Assembly: GCA_963721135.1 (NCBI GenBank) | Contig: CAVRIB010000004.1 | Location: 70,496 to 134,495 of the forward strand | Direction: 5' to 3' | DNA length: 64,000 nt | DNA from: an uncultured Alphaproteobacteria bacterium | Lineage (GTDB): Bacteria > Pseudomonadota > Alphaproteobacteria > Rhizobiales > Xanthobacteraceae | In this document: positions 42,210-53,846 of the stretch, piece by piece | Layout: every line of letters begins with the position of its first letter | Numbering within the stretch: the stretch's first letter is position 1 | Position numbers and translations under genes: made by a program | The notes under the pieces: model-generated | What the model saw: only the letters and a program-made list of their open reading frames with translations | Databases searched by the model: none | What the model was told of the DNA's origin: nothing

Positions 42210-42505
42210 AGAACATCGATCCGCGCCATTACGACATCATCCTTTCTCCGGTCGTGACCGAAAAGGCGACGCTTGCCTCCGAGCACAACAAGGTGCTGTT
42301 CAAGGTCGCTGCCAGGGCCACCAAGCCGCAGATCAAGGAAGCCGTCGAAAAACTGTTCGACGTCAAGGTCAAGAGCGTGAACACGCTGGTGCGCAAGGGC
42401 AAGACCAAGGTGTTCCGCGGCAATTTCGGTTCGCAGTCGGATGTGAAGCGGGCGATCGTGACCCTCGAAGAGGGCCACCGCATCGACGTCACCACCGGGC
42501 TATAA
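42206..42505 (+). CDS. rplW: 50S ribosomal protein L23
   Basis: [19 protein letters not shown]. Confidence 0.98.
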   Translation: MKNIDPRHYDIILSPVVTEKATLASEHNKVLFKVAARATKPQIKEAVEKLFDVKVKSVNTLVRKGKTKVFRGNFGSQSDVKRAIVTLEEGHRIDVTTGL

Positions 42506-42517
42506 GGCGACAGAGCG

Positions 42518-43351
42518 ATGGCACTCAAGACATACAACCCCACGACGCCCGGCCAGCGCCAATTGGTGCTGGTCGACCGCTCGGCGCTCTACAAGGGCAA
42601 GCCGGTCAAGGCGTTGACCAAGGGCAAGCAATCCACCGGCGGCCGCAACAACAACGGCCGTATCACCGTGCGCTTCCGCGGCGGCGGCCACAAGCAGGCC
42701 TACCGCGACGTCGACTTCAAGCGCACCAAGCTCGACATGCCCGCAACCGTCGAGCGGCTGGAATACGATCCGAACCGCACCGCCTTCATTGCGCTCGTGA
42801 AGTATTCCGACGGCACCCAGGCCTACATCCTGGCCCCACAGCGTCTGGCCGTCGGCGACACCGTGGTCGCGGGCAGCCACGTCGACATCAAGCCGGGCAA
42901 CGTCATGCCGCTCGGCAACATGCCGATCGGCACCATCATTCACAATGTGGAATTGAAGATCGGCAAGGGCGGCCAGCTCGCGCGCTCCGCGGGAACTTAT
43001 GCCCAGATCGTCGGCCGCGACCAGGACTATGTGATCATTCGCCTGAATTCCGGCGAGCAGCGCCTCGTTCACGGCCGCTGCGGCGCCACCATCGGCGCGG
43101 TCTCGAATCCCGACCACATGAACATCTCGATCGGCAAGGCCGGCCGCAAGCGCTGGCTCGGCCGCAAGCCGCACAACCGCGGCGTCTCCATGAACCCGGT
43201 CGACCATCCGCTCGGCGGCGGCGAAGGCCGCACCTCCGGCGGCCGTCACCCGGTGACCCCGTGGGGCAAGCCGACCAAGGGCAAGAAGACCCGGTCGAAC
43301 AAGTCGACCAACCGATTCATTCTCATCAGCCGCCACAAGCGGAAGAAGTAA
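42518..43351 (+). CDS. rplB: 50S ribosomal protein L2
   Basis: [21 protein letters not shown]. Confidence 0.99.
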   Translation: MALKTYNPTTPGQRQLVLVDRSALYKGKPVKALTKGKQSTGGRNNNGRITVRFRGGGHKQAYRDVDFKRTKLDMPATVERLEYDPNRTAFIALVKYSDGTQAYILAPQRLAVGDTVVAGSHVDIKPGNVMPLGNMPIGTIIHNVELKIGKGGQLARSAGTYAQIVGRDQDYVIIRLNSGEQRLVHGRCGATIGAVSNPDHMNISIGKAGRKRWLGRKPHNRGVSMNPVDHPLGGGEGRTSGGRHPVTPWGKPTKGKKTRSNKSTNRFILISRHKRKK

Positions 43352-43363
43352 GGAACGCCGGAC

Positions 43364-43642
43364 ATGGTTCGTTCAGTCTGGAAAGGCCCGTTCGTCGAAG
43401 GCTCGCTGCTCAAGAAGGCAGACGCCGCGCGCGCGTCCGGCCGTCATGACGTGATCAAGATCTGGAGCCGCCGCTCGACGATCCTGCCGCAGTTCGTCGG
43501 TCTCGTGTTCGGCGTCTACAACGGCCAGAAGCATGTGCCGGTATCGGTCAACGAGGAAATGGTGGGTCACAAGTTCGGCGAGTTCTCGCCGACGCGGACC
43601 TTCCACGGCCATTCTGGCGACAAGAAAGCCAAGAAGGCTTGA
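43364..43642 (+). CDS. rpsS: 30S ribosomal protein S19
   Basis: [15 protein letters not shown]. Confidence 0.99.
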   Translation: MVRSVWKGPFVEGSLLKKADAARASGRHDVIKIWSRRSTILPQFVGLVFGVYNGQKHVPVSVNEEMVGHKFGEFSPTRTFHGHSGDKKAKKA

Positions 43643-43653
43643 GGATTTAGGCG

Positions 43654-44034
43654 ATGAGCAAAGCAAAGCGCGGGCGGACCCTCCCCGACAACGAGGCCAA
43701 GGCGGTCGCAAGGATGCTGCGGGTGAGCCCGCAGAAGCTCAATCTCGTCGCGCAGCTGATCCGCGGACGGAAGGCTTCCGCGGCGCTCGCCGACCTGCAG
43801 TTTTCGCGCAAGCGGATCGCGGTCGACGTCAAGAAATGCCTGGAGTCGGCGATCGCGAACGCCGAGAACAACCATGACCTCGATGTCGACGACCTGATCG
43901 TCTCCGAGGCGCATGTCGGCAACGGCATCGTGATGAAACGTTTCGCCCCGCGCGGCCGCGGCCGCTCGGGCCGTGTCTTTAAACCATTCTCGCAGCTGAC
44001 GATCGTGGTTCGTCAGGTCGAGGCGAGCGCCTAA
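43654..44034 (+). CDS. rplV: 50S ribosomal protein L22
   Basis: [17 protein letters not shown]. Confidence 0.98.
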   Translation: MSKAKRGRTLPDNEAKAVARMLRVSPQKLNLVAQLIRGRKASAALADLQFSRKRIAVDVKKCLESAIANAENNHDLDVDDLIVSEAHVGNGIVMKRFAPRGRGRSGRVFKPFSQLTIVVRQVEASA

Positions 44035-44054
44035 AGCGGGCGCGGGAGAGAACG

Positions 44055-44753
44055 ATGGGTCAGAAGATCAATCCGATCGGGCTGCGTCTCGGCATCAACC
44101 GGACCTGGGATTCGCGCTGGTTCGCCGGCAAGAACGAGTACGGCAAGCTGTTGCACGAGGACGTCAAGATCCGCGAGATCCTGCACAAGGAATTGAAGCA
44201 GGCGGCGGTGGCGAGAATCGTGATCGAGCGCCCGCACAAGAAGTGCCGGGTGACGATCCATTCGGCGCGTCCCGGCGTCGTGATCGGCAAGAAGGGCGCC
44301 GACATCGACAAGCTGCGCAAGAAGGTCGCCGACATCACCGCCTCCGACGTCGTCATCAACATCGTCGAAATCCGCAAGCCCGAACTCGACGCCACCCTGG
44401 TCGCCGAATCGATCGCCCAGCAGCTCGAGCGCCGCGTCGCGTTCCGCCGCGCCATGAAGCGCGCGGTGCAGTCGGCGATGCGTCTCGGCGCCGAGGGCAT
44501 CCGCATCAACTGCTCGGGCCGTCTCGGCGGCGCCGAAATCGCGCGCATGGAGTGGTATCGCGAAGGCCGCGTGCCGCTGCACACGCTGCGCGCCGACATC
44601 GATTATGGCGTTGCCACCGCGTTCACCACCTTCGGCACCTGCGGCGTCAAGGTCTGGATCTTCAAGGGCGAAATCCTCGAGCACGATCCGATGGCCCAGG
44701 ACAAGAAGATGGCCGAGGGCGAGGGCTCGCGGCCGCGCCGTGACGCGGCGTGA
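44055..44753 (+). CDS. rpsC: 30S ribosomal protein S3
   Basis: [25 protein letters not shown]. Confidence 0.99.
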   Translation: MGQKINPIGLRLGINRTWDSRWFAGKNEYGKLLHEDVKIREILHKELKQAAVARIVIERPHKKCRVTIHSARPGVVIGKKGADIDKLRKKVADITASDVVINIVEIRKPELDATLVAESIAQQLERRVAFRRAMKRAVQSAMRLGAEGIRINCSGRLGGAEIARMEWYREGRVPLHTLRADIDYGVATAFTTFGTCGVKVWIFKGEILEHDPMAQDKKMAEGEGSRPRRDAA

Positions 44754-44787
44754 GGCGGCCATTGACAAGGTTTGAGGGCTCAACGCC

Positions 44788-45201
44788 ATGATGCAACCAA
44801 AGAAAACGAAATTCCGGAAGGCGCATAAGGGTCGCATCCACGGCCTTGCGACCTCGGGCGCGACATTGTCGTTCGGCCAGTTCGGCCTGAAGGCGATGGA
44901 GCCCGACCGCGTCACCGCGCGTCAGATCGAGGCGGCCCGCCGCGCGCTGACCCGTCACATGAAGCGCGCCGGCCGCGTCTGGATCCGCGTCTTTCCCGAC
45001 GTTCCCGTGTCGAAGAAGCCCGCCGAAGTGCGCATGGGTTCCGGCAAGGGTACACCCGAACTGTGGGTGGCGCGGGTCAAGCCCGGCCGGGTAATTTTCG
45101 AAATCGACGGGGTGACCGTGCAAACCGCGAAGGAAGCGCTCGATCTCGCCGCCGCCAAGCTGCCGATCAAGACGCGCTTCGTCGAGCGCATCGTGGAATA
45201 G
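44788..45201 (+). CDS. rplP: 50S ribosomal protein L16
   Basis: [17 protein letters not shown]. Confidence 0.99.
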   Translation: MMQPKKTKFRKAHKGRIHGLATSGATLSFGQFGLKAMEPDRVTARQIEAARRALTRHMKRAGRVWIRVFPDVPVSKKPAEVRMGSGKGTPELWVARVKPGRVIFEIDGVTVQTAKEALDLAAAKLPIKTRFVERIVE

Positions 45202-45205
45202 GGAA

Positions 45206-45418
45206 ATGGCCATGGCCGAGATGAAGACCGCCGACATCCGCGCGATGAGCCCCGATCAGATGGAGGACGCCATCCTCAATCTGAAGAAGGAGCGCTTCAA
45301 CCTGCGCTTCCAGCGCGCCACCGGGCAACTGGAGAACACCTCGCGGATGCGCGAAGCGCGCCGCGATATCGCCCGCATCAAGACCATCGCCGCGCAGCAG
45401 CGCGCGAAGAAGAAGTAA
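45206..45418 (+). CDS. rpmC: 50S ribosomal protein L29
   Basis: [20 protein letters not shown]. Confidence 0.97.
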   Translation: MAMAEMKTADIRAMSPDQMEDAILNLKKERFNLRFQRATGQLENTSRMREARRDIARIKTIAAQQRAKKK

Positions 45419-45429
45419 GGGGCTTCAAG

Positions 45430-45678
45430 ATGCCGAAACGTACGCTTCAGGGCGTGGTGGTCAGCGACAAGCAGGCCAAGACGGTTGTGGTGCGGGTGGA
45501 TCGCCGCTTCACCCACCCGATCTACAAGAAGACCATCCGCCGCTCGAAGAACTATCACGCGCACGACGAGAACAACGAGTTCCATCCGGGCGACATGGTT
45601 TGGATCGAGGAGAGCAAGCCGATCTCGAAGTTGAAGCGCTGGACCGTGGTCCGGGGCGAAGCGAAGAAAACCGCCTGA
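45430..45678 (+). CDS. rpsQ: 30S ribosomal protein S17
   Basis: GVVVSDK, HPIYKK, KPISK. Confidence 0.98.
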   Translation: MPKRTLQGVVVSDKQAKTVVVRVDRRFTHPIYKKTIRRSKNYHAHDENNEFHPGDMVWIEESKPISKLKRWTVVRGEAKKTA

Positions 45679-45751
45679 GGTCGGTTGGCGAACCGATCCG
45701 GGCTGAAAATTTGAGCGCATGCTTTGCGCAGAAAGAGGACGAGGTGCATCA

Positions 45752-46120
45752 ATGATTCAGATGCAGACCAACCTCGACGTGGCCGACAATTCAGGCGCAC
45801 GCCGTGTCATGTGCATCAAGGTGCTTGGGGGCTCCAAGCGCCGCTATGCCACCGTGGGCGACGTCATCGTGGTGTCGATCAAGGAAGCGATTCCGCGCGG
45901 CAAGGTGAAGAAGGGCGACGTGATGAAGGCCGTCGTGGTGCGGGTCCGCAAGGACATCCGCCGGCCCGACGGCTCGGTGATCCGCTTCGACCGCAACGCC
46001 GCCGTGCTGATCAACAACCAGTCGGAGCCGGTCGGCACCCGCATCTTCGGACCCGTCCCGCGCGAGCTGCGCGCCAAGAACCACATGAAGATCATCTCGC
46101 TTGCGCCGGAGGTGCTGTGA
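45752..46120 (+). CDS. rplN: 50S ribosomal protein L14
   Basis: [16 protein letters not shown]. Confidence 0.99.
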   Translation: MIQMQTNLDVADNSGARRVMCIKVLGGSKRRYATVGDVIVVSIKEAIPRGKVKKGDVMKAVVVRVRKDIRRPDGSVIRFDRNAAVLINNQSEPVGTRIFGPVPRELRAKNHMKIISLAPEVL

Positions 46121-46436
46121 TGGCCGCCAGGATCCGCAAGGGCGACAAGGTCGTCGTGCTGATCCGGCCGCGACAAGGGCCGCACCGGCGAGGTGTTCGA
46201 GGTGCGTCCCGACGCCAGCGTCGCGCTGGTGCGCGGCGTCAACCTCGTCAAGCGTCACCAGAAGCAGACCCAGGCCCAGGAAGGCGGCATCATCTCCAAG
46301 GAGGCGCCGATCCACCTGTCCAACATCGCGATCATCGGCAAGGACGGCAAGCCGACGCGCATAGGCTTCAAGATTTCATGCGGATGGCAAGAAGGTACGC
46401 TACGCCAAACGCTCGGGAGCAGAGATCGATGGCTGA
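46120..46436 (+). CDS. rplX: 50S ribosomal protein L24 with two +1 frameshifts (~46163 and ~46374-46376)
   Basis: [10 protein letters not shown]|TGRDKG...EAPIHLSN...GFKI|HADGKKVR; removing two T restores 104 aa. Confidence 0.93.
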
Positions 46437-46989
46437 GACCGCAACATACGTGCCGCGCCTGCGCGCGGAATACGACAAGAAGATCCGCGGCAAGCTGACC
46501 GAACAGTTCGGCTATCGCAACGTCATGCAGGTGCCGCGGCTCGACAAGGTCGTGCTCAACATGGGCATCGGCGAGGCCGTCAACGACCGCAAGAAGGCGG
46601 AACTCGCGGCAGCCGACCTGTCGCTGATCGCCGGCCAGAAGGCGGTGGTGACCTATTCGCGCATTGCGATCGCGACCTACAAGCTGCGCGAGAACCAGCC
46701 GATCGGCTGCAAGGTGACACTGCGGAAGGCCAAGATGTACGAGTTCATCGACCGGCTGGTCAACGTCGCGCTGCCGCGCGTGCGCGACTTCCGCGGGTTG
46801 AACCCGAAGAGCTTCGACGGCCGCGGCAACTATTCGCTCGGCATCAAGGAGCACATCATCTTCCCCGAAATCGACTTCGACAAGGCGGGCGAAACATGGG
46901 GCATGGACGTCACGGTATGCACCACGGCGCGCACCGACGACGAGGCCCGCGCCTTGTTGACCGCATTCAATTTCCCGTTCCGGCAGTGA
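46429..46989 (+). CDS. rplE: 50S ribosomal protein L5
   Basis: [23 protein letters not shown]. Confidence 0.98.
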   Translation: MAETATYVPRLRAEYDKKIRGKLTEQFGYRNVMQVPRLDKVVLNMGIGEAVNDRKKAELAAADLSLIAGQKAVVTYSRIAIATYKLRENQPIGCKVTLRKAKMYEFIDRLVNVALPRVRDFRGLNPKSFDGRGNYSLGIKEHIIFPEIDFDKAGETWGMDVTVCTTARTDDEARALLTAFNFPFRQ

Positions 46990-47033
46990 GACGCTCTTAA
47001 GCCTCTCAAACGCGGAAACGTAAGGAGCCAAGC

Positions 47034-47339
47034 ATGGCAAAGAAGAGTTCGATCGAGAAGAACAACCGGCGCAAGCGGATGACCAAGAACGCCGCCGCCA
47101 GGCGCGCGAAATTGAAGGCGATCATCGCCGACAAGAAGAAGCCGATGGAAGAGCGCTTCGCAGCGACGCTGAAGCTTGCCGAGATGCCGCGCAACTCGTC
47201 GGCGACGCGGATCCGAAACCGCTGCGAGATCACCGGCCGTCCGCGCTCGATCTATCGCAAGAACAAGATGAGCCGCATCGCGATGCGTGAATACGGCTCC
47301 AAGGGCCTCATTCCCGGCCTCGTCAAGTCGAGCTGGTAA
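47034..47339 (+). CDS. rpsN: 30S ribosomal protein S14 (long, Zn-independent type)
   Basis: [24 protein letters not shown]. Confidence 0.98.
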   Translation: MAKKSSIEKNNRRKRMTKNAAARRAKLKAIIADKKKPMEERFAATLKLAEMPRNSSATRIRNRCEITGRPRSIYRKNKMSRIAMREYGSKGLIPGLVKSSW

Positions 47340-47351
47340 GGAGGTCGTCAG

Positions 47352-47750
47352 ATGTCAACGCACGATCCGATCAGCGATCTCATCACCCGCATCCGCAACG
47401 CGCAAATGCGTGCCAAGCCCAAGGTCTCGACCCCGGGCTCGAAGATGCGCGCCAGCGTGCTCGAGGTGCTCAAGACGGAGGGCTATATCCGCGGCTACGC
47501 CAGCGTCGAGCATGCCTCGGGACGCAGCGAGCTCGAGATCGAGCTGAAATATTTCGACGGCGAGCCCGTCATTCGCGAGATCGAGCGGGTGTCGAAGCCG
47601 GGGCGGCGGGTATACGCTTCGGTGAAGAACCTGCCGCGCGTCAACAACGGTCTCGGCATTTTGGTGTTGTCGACGCCGAAGGGGATCATGGCCGACCACG
47701 ACGCGCGCGACGCGAACGTGGGCGGCGAAATTCTCTTCACGGTGTTCTGA
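47352..47750 (+). CDS. rpsH: 30S ribosomal protein S8
   Basis: [25 protein letters not shown]. Confidence 0.99.
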   Translation: MSTHDPISDLITRIRNAQMRAKPKVSTPGSKMRASVLEVLKTEGYIRGYASVEHASGRSELEIELKYFDGEPVIREIERVSKPGRRVYASVKNLPRVNNGLGILVLSTPKGIMADHDARDANVGGEILFTVF

Positions 47751-47833
47751 TGCGCATTCAGGAATGCGCATCAGGTTTTGGTTTGACGCGTTTTCTACGG
47801 CGAACCGCTATCCACTTCGCCGGAAAACGCTAG
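47748..47833. repeat. 12-bp perfect hairpin plus Rhizobiales-type interspersed palindrome in the rpsH-rplF spacer
   Basis: tgatgcgcattc-ag-gaatgcgcatca; then gcgttttc...ggcgaa...ttcgcc-ggaaaacgc. Confidence 0.75.
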
Positions 47834-47848
47834 GGAGAAGGATCAGCC

Positions 47849-48382
47849 ATGTCACGCATCGGCAAGAAGCCCGTGACGGTTCCGTCGGGCGTTACCGCGA
47901 CCGTCGAGGGACAGACCGTCAAGATGAAGGGGCCGAAGGGCCAGCTTTCGTTCGTCGTCCATGACGACGTCGAGGTGAAGTTCGAGAACGGCGTCGTCAA
48001 GGTCGCCCCGCGCGTGACGACCAACCGCGCGCAGGCGATGTACGGCACCGCACGCGCCCAGATCGCCAACCTCGTCGCCGGCGTCACCAAGGGCTTCGAG
48101 AAGAAGCTCGAGATCAACGGCGTCGGTTACCGCGCCACGCTGCAGGGCAAGAACCTGCAGCTCGCGCTCGGCTACAGCCATGACGTGGTGTTTCCGATCC
48201 CGGAAGGCATCGCGATCACGGTGCCGAAGCCGACCGAGATCGTGATCGTCGGCAACGACAGCCAGCGCGTCGGCCAGGTCGCCGCCGAAATCCGCGGCTA
48301 TCGTCCGCCGGAGCCCTACAAGGGCAAGGGCGTGAAGTACGTCGGCGAATTCATCTTCCGCAAGGAAGGCAAGAAGAAGTAA
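47849..48382 (+). CDS. rplF: 50S ribosomal protein L6
   Basis: [17 protein letters not shown]. Confidence 0.99.
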   Translation: MSRIGKKPVTVPSGVTATVEGQTVKMKGPKGQLSFVVHDDVEVKFENGVVKVAPRVTTNRAQAMYGTARAQIANLVAGVTKGFEKKLEINGVGYRATLQGKNLQLALGYSHDVVFPIPEGIAITVPKPTEIVIVGNDSQRVGQVAAEIRGYRPPEPYKGKGVKYVGEFIFRKEGKKK

Positions 48383-48393
48383 CGGAGCCGGTC

Positions 48394-48756
48394 ATGTCGC
48401 GAATCAAGGTTACGAATGCCCGGCGCAAGCAACGCGTGCGGCTGTCGTTGCGCCGTTCCGGCGGCGGCCGTCCGCGGCTGTCGGTATTTCGCTCGTCGAA
48501 GCACATCTACGCGCAGGTCATCGACGACCTGAAGGGCGAGACGCTGGCGTCGGCCTCTTCACTCGAGAAGGCGATGCGCGAGAGCGGCAACACCGGCGCC
48601 AACATCGACGCCGCGAAAGCGGTGGGCAAGCTGCTCGCGGAACGCGCGGTCAAGAACGGCGTCACCGAGGTGGTGTTCGATCGCGGCAGCTACCTCTATC
48701 ACGGCCGCGTCAAGGCGCTCGCGGATGCCGCGCGCGAGAGCGGACTGAGTTTCTAA
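48394..48756 (+). CDS. rplR: 50S ribosomal protein L18
   Basis: [17 protein letters not shown]. Confidence 0.98.
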   Translation: MSRIKVTNARRKQRVRLSLRRSGGGRPRLSVFRSSKHIYAQVIDDLKGETLASASSLEKAMRESGNTGANIDAAKAVGKLLAERAVKNGVTEVVFDRGSYLYHGRVKALADAARESGLSF

Positions 48757-48819
48757 CGGAATTGAAGGGGAGGGCGTAACGCCCTCACAAGGCAAGTCTT
48801 TTAAGGATCGGAAAACACC

Positions 48820-49392
48820 ATGGCAGGTGAACGCGAACGCGGTGGCGGCCACAGGGGCGGCCGGGAAGAGCGCGACAGCGAGTTCGTCGACAAGCTCGTC
48901 CACATCAATCGTGTGGCGAAGGTCGTCAAGGGCGGCAAGCGCTTCGGCTTTGCGGCGCTGGTCGTGATCGGCGATCAGAAGGGCCGCGTCGGCTTCGGCC
49001 ACGGCAAGGCGCGCGAAGTCCCCGAGGCGATCCGCAAGGCGACCGAAGCGGCCAAGCGCAACCTGACGCGGGTGGCGCTGCGCGAAGGCCGCACGCTGCA
49101 TCACGACATCGCCGGCCGGCACGGCGCGGGGCGCGTCTATTTGCGCGCGGCGCCAGCCGGCACCGGCATCATCGCCGGCGGCCCGATGCGCGCGGTGTTC
49201 GAGACGCTCGGCATCCAGGACGTGGTGGCGAAGTCGATCGGCTCGTCGAACCCCTACAACATGGTTCGCGCGACCTTCGACGCGCTGAAGCACCAGGATT
49301 CGCCGCGTTCGGTCGCCGCACGCCGCAACATCAAGGTGTCGGCGCTGCAGGCGCGCCGGGTCGGCGGCGACGCCGAAGCGGCCGCTGATTAG
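48820..49392 (+). CDS. rpsE: 30S ribosomal protein S5
   Basis: [20 protein letters not shown]. Confidence 0.99.
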   Translation: MAGERERGGGHRGGREERDSEFVDKLVHINRVAKVVKGGKRFGFAALVVIGDQKGRVGFGHGKAREVPEAIRKATEAAKRNLTRVALREGRTLHHDIAGRHGAGRVYLRAAPAGTGIIAGGPMRAVFETLGIQDVVAKSIGSSNPYNMVRATFDALKHQDSPRSVAARRNIKVSALQARRVGGDAEAAAD

Positions 49393-49430
49393 ACAAATCG
49401 CGCTCTTCGCGCGTTATGGAGTTTACCACG

Positions 49431-49625
49431 ATGGCCAAGGCCGCAAAGACGATCAAGGTCGAGCAGACCGGCAGTGCGATCCGCCGCCACCATTCGCAGC
49501 GCGCGACGCTGATCGGGCTCAAGCTCAACAAGATCGGCCGCGTCACCGAACTGGCCGACACGCCAGAAGTTCGCGGCATGATCGCCAAGGTTCAACACAT
49601 CGTCCGCATCGTCGGCGAGAAGTAA
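49431..49625 (+). CDS. rpmD: 50S ribosomal protein L30
   Basis: [15 protein letters not shown]. Confidence 0.96.
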   Translation: MAKAAKTIKVEQTGSAIRRHHSQRATLIGLKLNKIGRVTELADTPEVRGMIAKVQHIVRIVGEK

Positions 49626-49646
49626 GACAGACAAGGAGACAGGGCG

Positions 49647-50135
49647 ATGAAGCTCAGCGATATCGCCGACAATGCCGGCTCGCACAAAAAGCGGATGCGC
49701 GTCGGCCGTGGCATCGGCTCCGGCAAGGGCAAGCAGGCCGGCCGCGGCGGCAAGGGCCAGACCGCGCGTACCGGCGTGCGGATCAAGGGTTTCGAGGGCG
49801 GCCAGATGCCGCTGCATCGCCGCCTGCCCAAGCGCGGCTTCAACAACATCTTCCGGCTCGAATTCGCCGAGATCAATCTCGACCGCCTCCAGGAGGCGAT
49901 CGACGCCAAGCTGATCGACGCCAAGGAACCTCTCAACGTCGAATCGCTGGTCAAGGCCGGCGTCATCCGGCGCGCCAAGGCCGGTCTGCGGCTGCTCGGC
50001 CGCGGCGAACTCAAGGCCAAATTGAATATCGAGGTGCATGGCGCCTCGAAATCCGCCGTGGCGGCGGTCGAGAAGGCCGGCGGCACGGTGAAAATCCTTG
50101 CCCCCGCCAAGAAGGACGAAGGCAAGGCGGCGTAA
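49647..50135 (+). CDS. rplO: 50S ribosomal protein L15
   Basis: [17 protein letters not shown]. Confidence 0.99.
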   Translation: MKLSDIADNAGSHKKRMRVGRGIGSGKGKQAGRGGKGQTARTGVRIKGFEGGQMPLHRRLPKRGFNNIFRLEFAEINLDRLQEAIDAKLIDAKEPLNVESLVKAGVIRRAKAGLRLLGRGELKAKLNIEVHGASKSAVAAVEKAGGTVKILAPAKKDEGKAA

Positions 50136-50286
50136 CATCTGCGTCATCGCCCGCCATCCGGCGGGTGTCTGCGCGACAGAACGATGGACTTATCAGGGCC
50201 GAGCACCAAATAATGTCCGGCGTCTGCTGAATGCCCTGGAGGCCTCGGGGCACGACAGCGCGAAGGGCGGCGGGAGAAAGCCAAAC

Positions 50287-51618
50287 ATGGTCTCAGCAGC
50301 GGAACAACTGGCGGCAAACCTCAACTTCGGCGCGCTGGCAAAGGCCGACGAACTGAAGAAACGGATCTGGTTCACCCTGGGTGCGCTCCTGGTTTACCGG
50401 CTCGGCACCTACATTCCGCTGCCGGGCATCGATCCCGCCATCTGGGAACAGGTGTTCAAGACCCAGGCCGGCGGCATTCTCGGCATGTTCAACATGTTCG
50501 CCGGCGGCGGCATCCACCGCATGGCGATTTTCGCGCTGAACATCATGCCGTATATCTCGGCTTCCATCATCATTCAGCTTCTGACCACGGTGTCGCCGCA
50601 GCTGGAGGCGCTGAAGAAGGAAGGCGAGGCCGGCCGCAAGACGCTGAACCAGTACACCCGTTATCTCACCGTGCTGCTGGCCGCGTTCCAGTCCTACGGC
50701 ATCGCCGTGGGCCTGCAGGGCGCCGGCAACGTCGTCAGCGATCCCGGCCTGTTCTTCCTGATCTCGACCACGGTGACGCTGACCGGCGGCACCATGTTCC
50801 TGATGTGGCTGGGCGAGCAGATCACCTCGCGCGGCATCGGCAACGGCATTTCGCTGATCATTCTCGCCGGCATCGTCGCGCAATTGCCGACTGCGCTCGG
50901 CAACATGCTGGAACTCGGCCGCCAGGGCGCGCTGTCCACCGGGCTCATCCTGATCGTGATCGTGATGGCGGTTGCCGTGATCGCCTTCATCGTCTTCATG
51001 GAGCGCGCGCAGCGCAGGCTCCTGATCCAGTATCCGAAGCGCCAGGTCGGCAACAAGATGTTCGAGGGCCAGTCCTCGCATCTGCCGCTCAAGCTCAATA
51101 CCTCGGGCGTGATCCCGCCGATCTTTGCGTCCTCGCTCCTGCTGCTGCCGACCACGGTTGCGAATTTCAATGCGGGCAGAGGCCCGGAATGGTTCCAGTG
51201 GCTCACCACCCAGCTCGGCCATGGTCGCCCGCTGTTCCTGATTCTCTACCTGGCGCTGATCGTGTTTTTCGCGTTCTTCTATACCGCGATCGTGTTCAAC
51301 CCGACCGAGACCGCCGACAACCTGAAAAAGCACGGCGGCTTCATTCCCGGTATCCGGCCGGGCGAACGCACCGCCGAATATATCGACTACGTATTGTCGC
51401 GAATCACGGTGATCGGCGCGGTCTACCTCGCGATCGTCTGCCTGATCCCGGAAATCCTGATTTCCTACGCCGCGGTGCCGTTCTACTTTGGCGGCACCTC
51501 GCTATTGATCGTGGTCAGCGTGACCATGGATACGGTGGCGCAGGTTCAGGGCTATCTGCTCGCCCACCAGTATGAGGGGCTGATCAGGAAGTCGAAATTG
51601 CGTGGGCGTCGCCGCTGA
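50287..51618 (+). CDS. secY: Preprotein translocase SecY
   Basis: GIGNGISL, IPGIRPG, GGTSLLI. Confidence 0.99.
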   Translation: MVSAAEQLAANLNFGALAKADELKKRIWFTLGALLVYRLGTYIPLPGIDPAIWEQVFKTQAGGILGMFNMFAGGGIHRMAIFALNIMPYISASIIIQLLTTVSPQLEALKKEGEAGRKTLNQYTRYLTVLLAAFQSYGIAVGLQGAGNVVSDPGLFFLISTTVTLTGGTMFLMWLGEQITSRGIGNGISLIILAGIVAQLPTALGNMLELGRQGALSTGLILIVIVMAVAVIAFIVFMERAQRRLLIQYPKRQVGNKMFEGQSSHLPLKLNTSGVIPPIFASSLLLLPTTVANFNAGRGPEWFQWLTTQLGHGRPLFLILYLALIVFFAFFYTAIVFNPTETADNLKKHGGFIPGIRPGERTAEYIDYVLSRITVIGAVYLAIVCLIPEILISYAAVPFYFGGTSLLIVVSVTMDTVAQVQGYLLAHQYEGLIRKSKLRGRRR

Positions 51619-51839
51619 CGTCGAGTATGCGTTTTCTGCCGTTTCGCGGGAGGAAAACACCCGGGAACGGGAACTTTGAGCCTCGTCTCTGATTCAGATC
51701 AAAGTGGAGGCTTTCAGTATGTTGCATCGCTTTTCGCTGTCTGCGCTCGGCGCTGATTGTGGTTGGCGCTGGACTTGGCGTATTTTGAAAAATGCAAGGT
51801 GCGCGGCCAATCGCTCACCGAGCCGGGGGGCGAACAAGG

Positions 51840-52670
51840 ATGAGACTGATTCTTTTGGGACCGCCGGGGTCGGGCAAGGGAACCCAGGCCCAGCGGCTGG
51901 TACAGCGTTACGGCATTGTCCAGCTCTCCACCGGTGAAATGCTGCGCGCGGCGGTGGCGGCGCAGACGCCTGTCGGGCTCAGGGCCAAGGACATCATGGC
52001 CTCCGGAGGCCTCGTGCCGGACGAGATCGTGATCGGGATCATTTCCGACCGGCTCGATCAACCCGACGCCGCCAACGGCTTCATCCTCGACGGTTTTCCC
52101 CGCACGGTGCCGCAGGCCGAGGCGCTCGATGCGCTCCTGAAGAAGAAGCGCATGAAGCTCGACGGCGCCATCGAACTTCGCGTCAACGAGAGCGCGCTGT
52201 TGCAGCGGGTCGAGAATCGGGTCGCGGAGATGCGCGCGCGGGGCGAGAATGTGCGCATCGACGATACCCCGGAAGTGCTGACCAAGCGGCTTTCGAGCTA
52301 CCGTCAGCTGACCGAGCCCCTGATTCACTACTATTCCGAGCGGCGCAACCTGCTGACGGTCGACGGCATGATGACCATCGAAGCCGTCACGCGCGAGATC
52401 GACCGAATCCTGGCCGCGATCGGGGCGGCCCACGCCAGGGCGGCCAAAAAGCTGGCGACCGCCAGGCGGACGAAACCGGCCACGCCGATGGCCAAGAAGG
52501 GGGCGGTTGCCGCCCGGAAGGGGGCCAGAGCCTCCGGTAAGGCCGCCAAACCGGCTGCCAAGGGCACTAAAAAGGCGGCTCGCAAGGCGGTCCGGGGGTC
52601 TCGGGTCCGCGCCGCCGTCAGGGGCGGGAAAGCCGCAAAAAAGACTACAAAAAAGCGGGCTAAAGCATAG
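51840..52670 (+). CDS. adk: Adenylate kinase with long Lys/Ala/Arg-rich C-terminal tail
   Basis: [23 protein letters not shown]; low-complexity basic tail after the catalytic domain. Confidence 0.97.
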   Translation: MRLILLGPPGSGKGTQAQRLVQRYGIVQLSTGEMLRAAVAAQTPVGLRAKDIMASGGLVPDEIVIGIISDRLDQPDAANGFILDGFPRTVPQAEALDALLKKKRMKLDGAIELRVNESALLQRVENRVAEMRARGENVRIDDTPEVLTKRLSSYRQLTEPLIHYYSERRNLLTVDGMMTIEAVTREIDRILAAIGAAHARAAKKLATARRTKPATPMAKKGAVAARKGARASGKAAKPAAKGTKKAARKAVRGSRVRAAVRGGKAAKKTTKKRAKA

Positions 52671-52676
52671 CAGCGG

Positions 52677-52706
52677 TTGACGAAACCAGTTTGAATCCTT
52701 TAATAA
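52677..52706 (+). promoter_or_regulatory. Probable alpha-operon promoter
   Basis: TTGACG-N18-TAATAA. Confidence 0.5.
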
Positions 52707-52850
52707 GCCCTATCCAAGTCGGATAGTTTTCCAACGATGCCGGGCCCCGGGACAACCTGGGGGAAGGGCGTCGTGTTCGCGTTTGCGGACACCTGCCCGA
52801 AATAGCTGGAACATGGCCGGTCTTGGCGACCGGCGACAGGAGAGAAGTCC

Positions 52851-53219
52851 GTGGCCCGTATTGCCGGCGTGAACATTCCGACCAACAAGCGCGTGCTGAT
52901 CGCGCTCCAGTACATCCATGGCATCGGCCAGAAGAACGCGGCCGAAATCCTGGAGAAGGTGAAGATTCCCGTCGATCGCCGCGTTTCGCAACTGAGCGAT
53001 CAGGAAGTGTTGCAGATCCGTGAAGTGATCGACCGCGACTATATGGTTGAAGGCGACCTGCGTCGCGAGGTCGGCATGAACATCAAGCGTCTGATGGATT
53101 TCGGCTGCTATCGCGGCCTGCGCCATCGCCGCGGCCTGCCGGTGCGCGGTCAGCGCACCCACACCAACGCGCGCACGCGCAAGGGGCCGGCCAAGTCGAT
53201 CGCCGGCAAGAAGAAGTAA
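52851..53219 (+). CDS. rpsM: 30S ribosomal protein S13
   Basis: [23 protein letters not shown]. Confidence 0.99.
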   Translation: MARIAGVNIPTNKRVLIALQYIHGIGQKNAAEILEKVKIPVDRRVSQLSDQEVLQIREVIDRDYMVEGDLRREVGMNIKRLMDFGCYRGLRHRRGLPVRGQRTHTNARTRKGPAKSIAGKKK

Positions 53220-53288
53220 TTGGCGAGTAGCGAATGGCGATTGGCGAGTAGGGATCGATCCTTGCTATTCGCTATTCGCCACTCACCA
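53220..53288. repeat. Heptamer-built inverted repeat, copy 2 (after rpsM)
   Basis: gcgagta gcgaatg gcgattg gcgagta...ctattcg ctattcg ccactca. Confidence 0.85.
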
Positions 53289-53351
53289 TTGGCCTCGAAG
53301 GTGTAGCCGCTGGCATTACGGCGGCGTTGAGATCGTTGGAAAGGTTTTGGA

Positions 53352-53741
53352 ATGAGCAAGGAAGCCACCCGCGTACGCCGCCGCGAGCGCAAGAACATCG
53401 CCTCCGGCGTAGCGCATGTGAATTCGTCGTTCAACAACACGACCATCACCATCACCGACGCGCAGGGCAACACCATTGCCTGGTCGTCGGCGGGAACGAT
53501 GGGCTTCAAGGGCTCGCGCAAGTCGACGCCCTATGCGGCGCAGGTCGCGGCCGAAGACGTCTCCAAGAAGGCGCAGGAACACGGCATGCGCACGCTGGAG
53601 GTTGAAGTTGCCGGTCCCGGTTCGGGCCGCGAATCGGCGCTGCGCGCGCTGCAGGCGGCGGGCTTCACCGTCACCTCGATCCGCGACGTGACGACGATCC
53701 CGCACAATGGTTGCCGTCCGCGCAAGCGCCGGCGGGTGTGA
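53352..53741 (+). CDS. rpsK: 30S ribosomal protein S11
   Basis: [22 protein letters not shown]. Confidence 0.99.
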   Translation: MSKEATRVRRRERKNIASGVAHVNSSFNNTTITITDAQGNTIAWSSAGTMGFKGSRKSTPYAAQVAAEDVSKKAQEHGMRTLEVEVAGPGSGRESALRALQAAGFTVTSIRDVTTIPHNGCRPRKRRRV

Positions 53742-53846
53742 GCGGTTTGCCGCAGGCGGCGTTTGCCGCGCTGCGGTTTTGAGAATTTTTCGGGCGCGGA
53801 CCGATCCGCGATTTCCAACGCCAGTACAGGCAATTCAACTGGCATG

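Noticed and set aside
46120-46436. True rplX pseudogene
   Set aside because: Sequence is otherwise intact and shares the window-wide +1 error pattern
51619-53846. Missing rpmJ, infA, map and rpsD in the spc/alpha region
   Set aside because: Normal alphaproteobacterial arrangement
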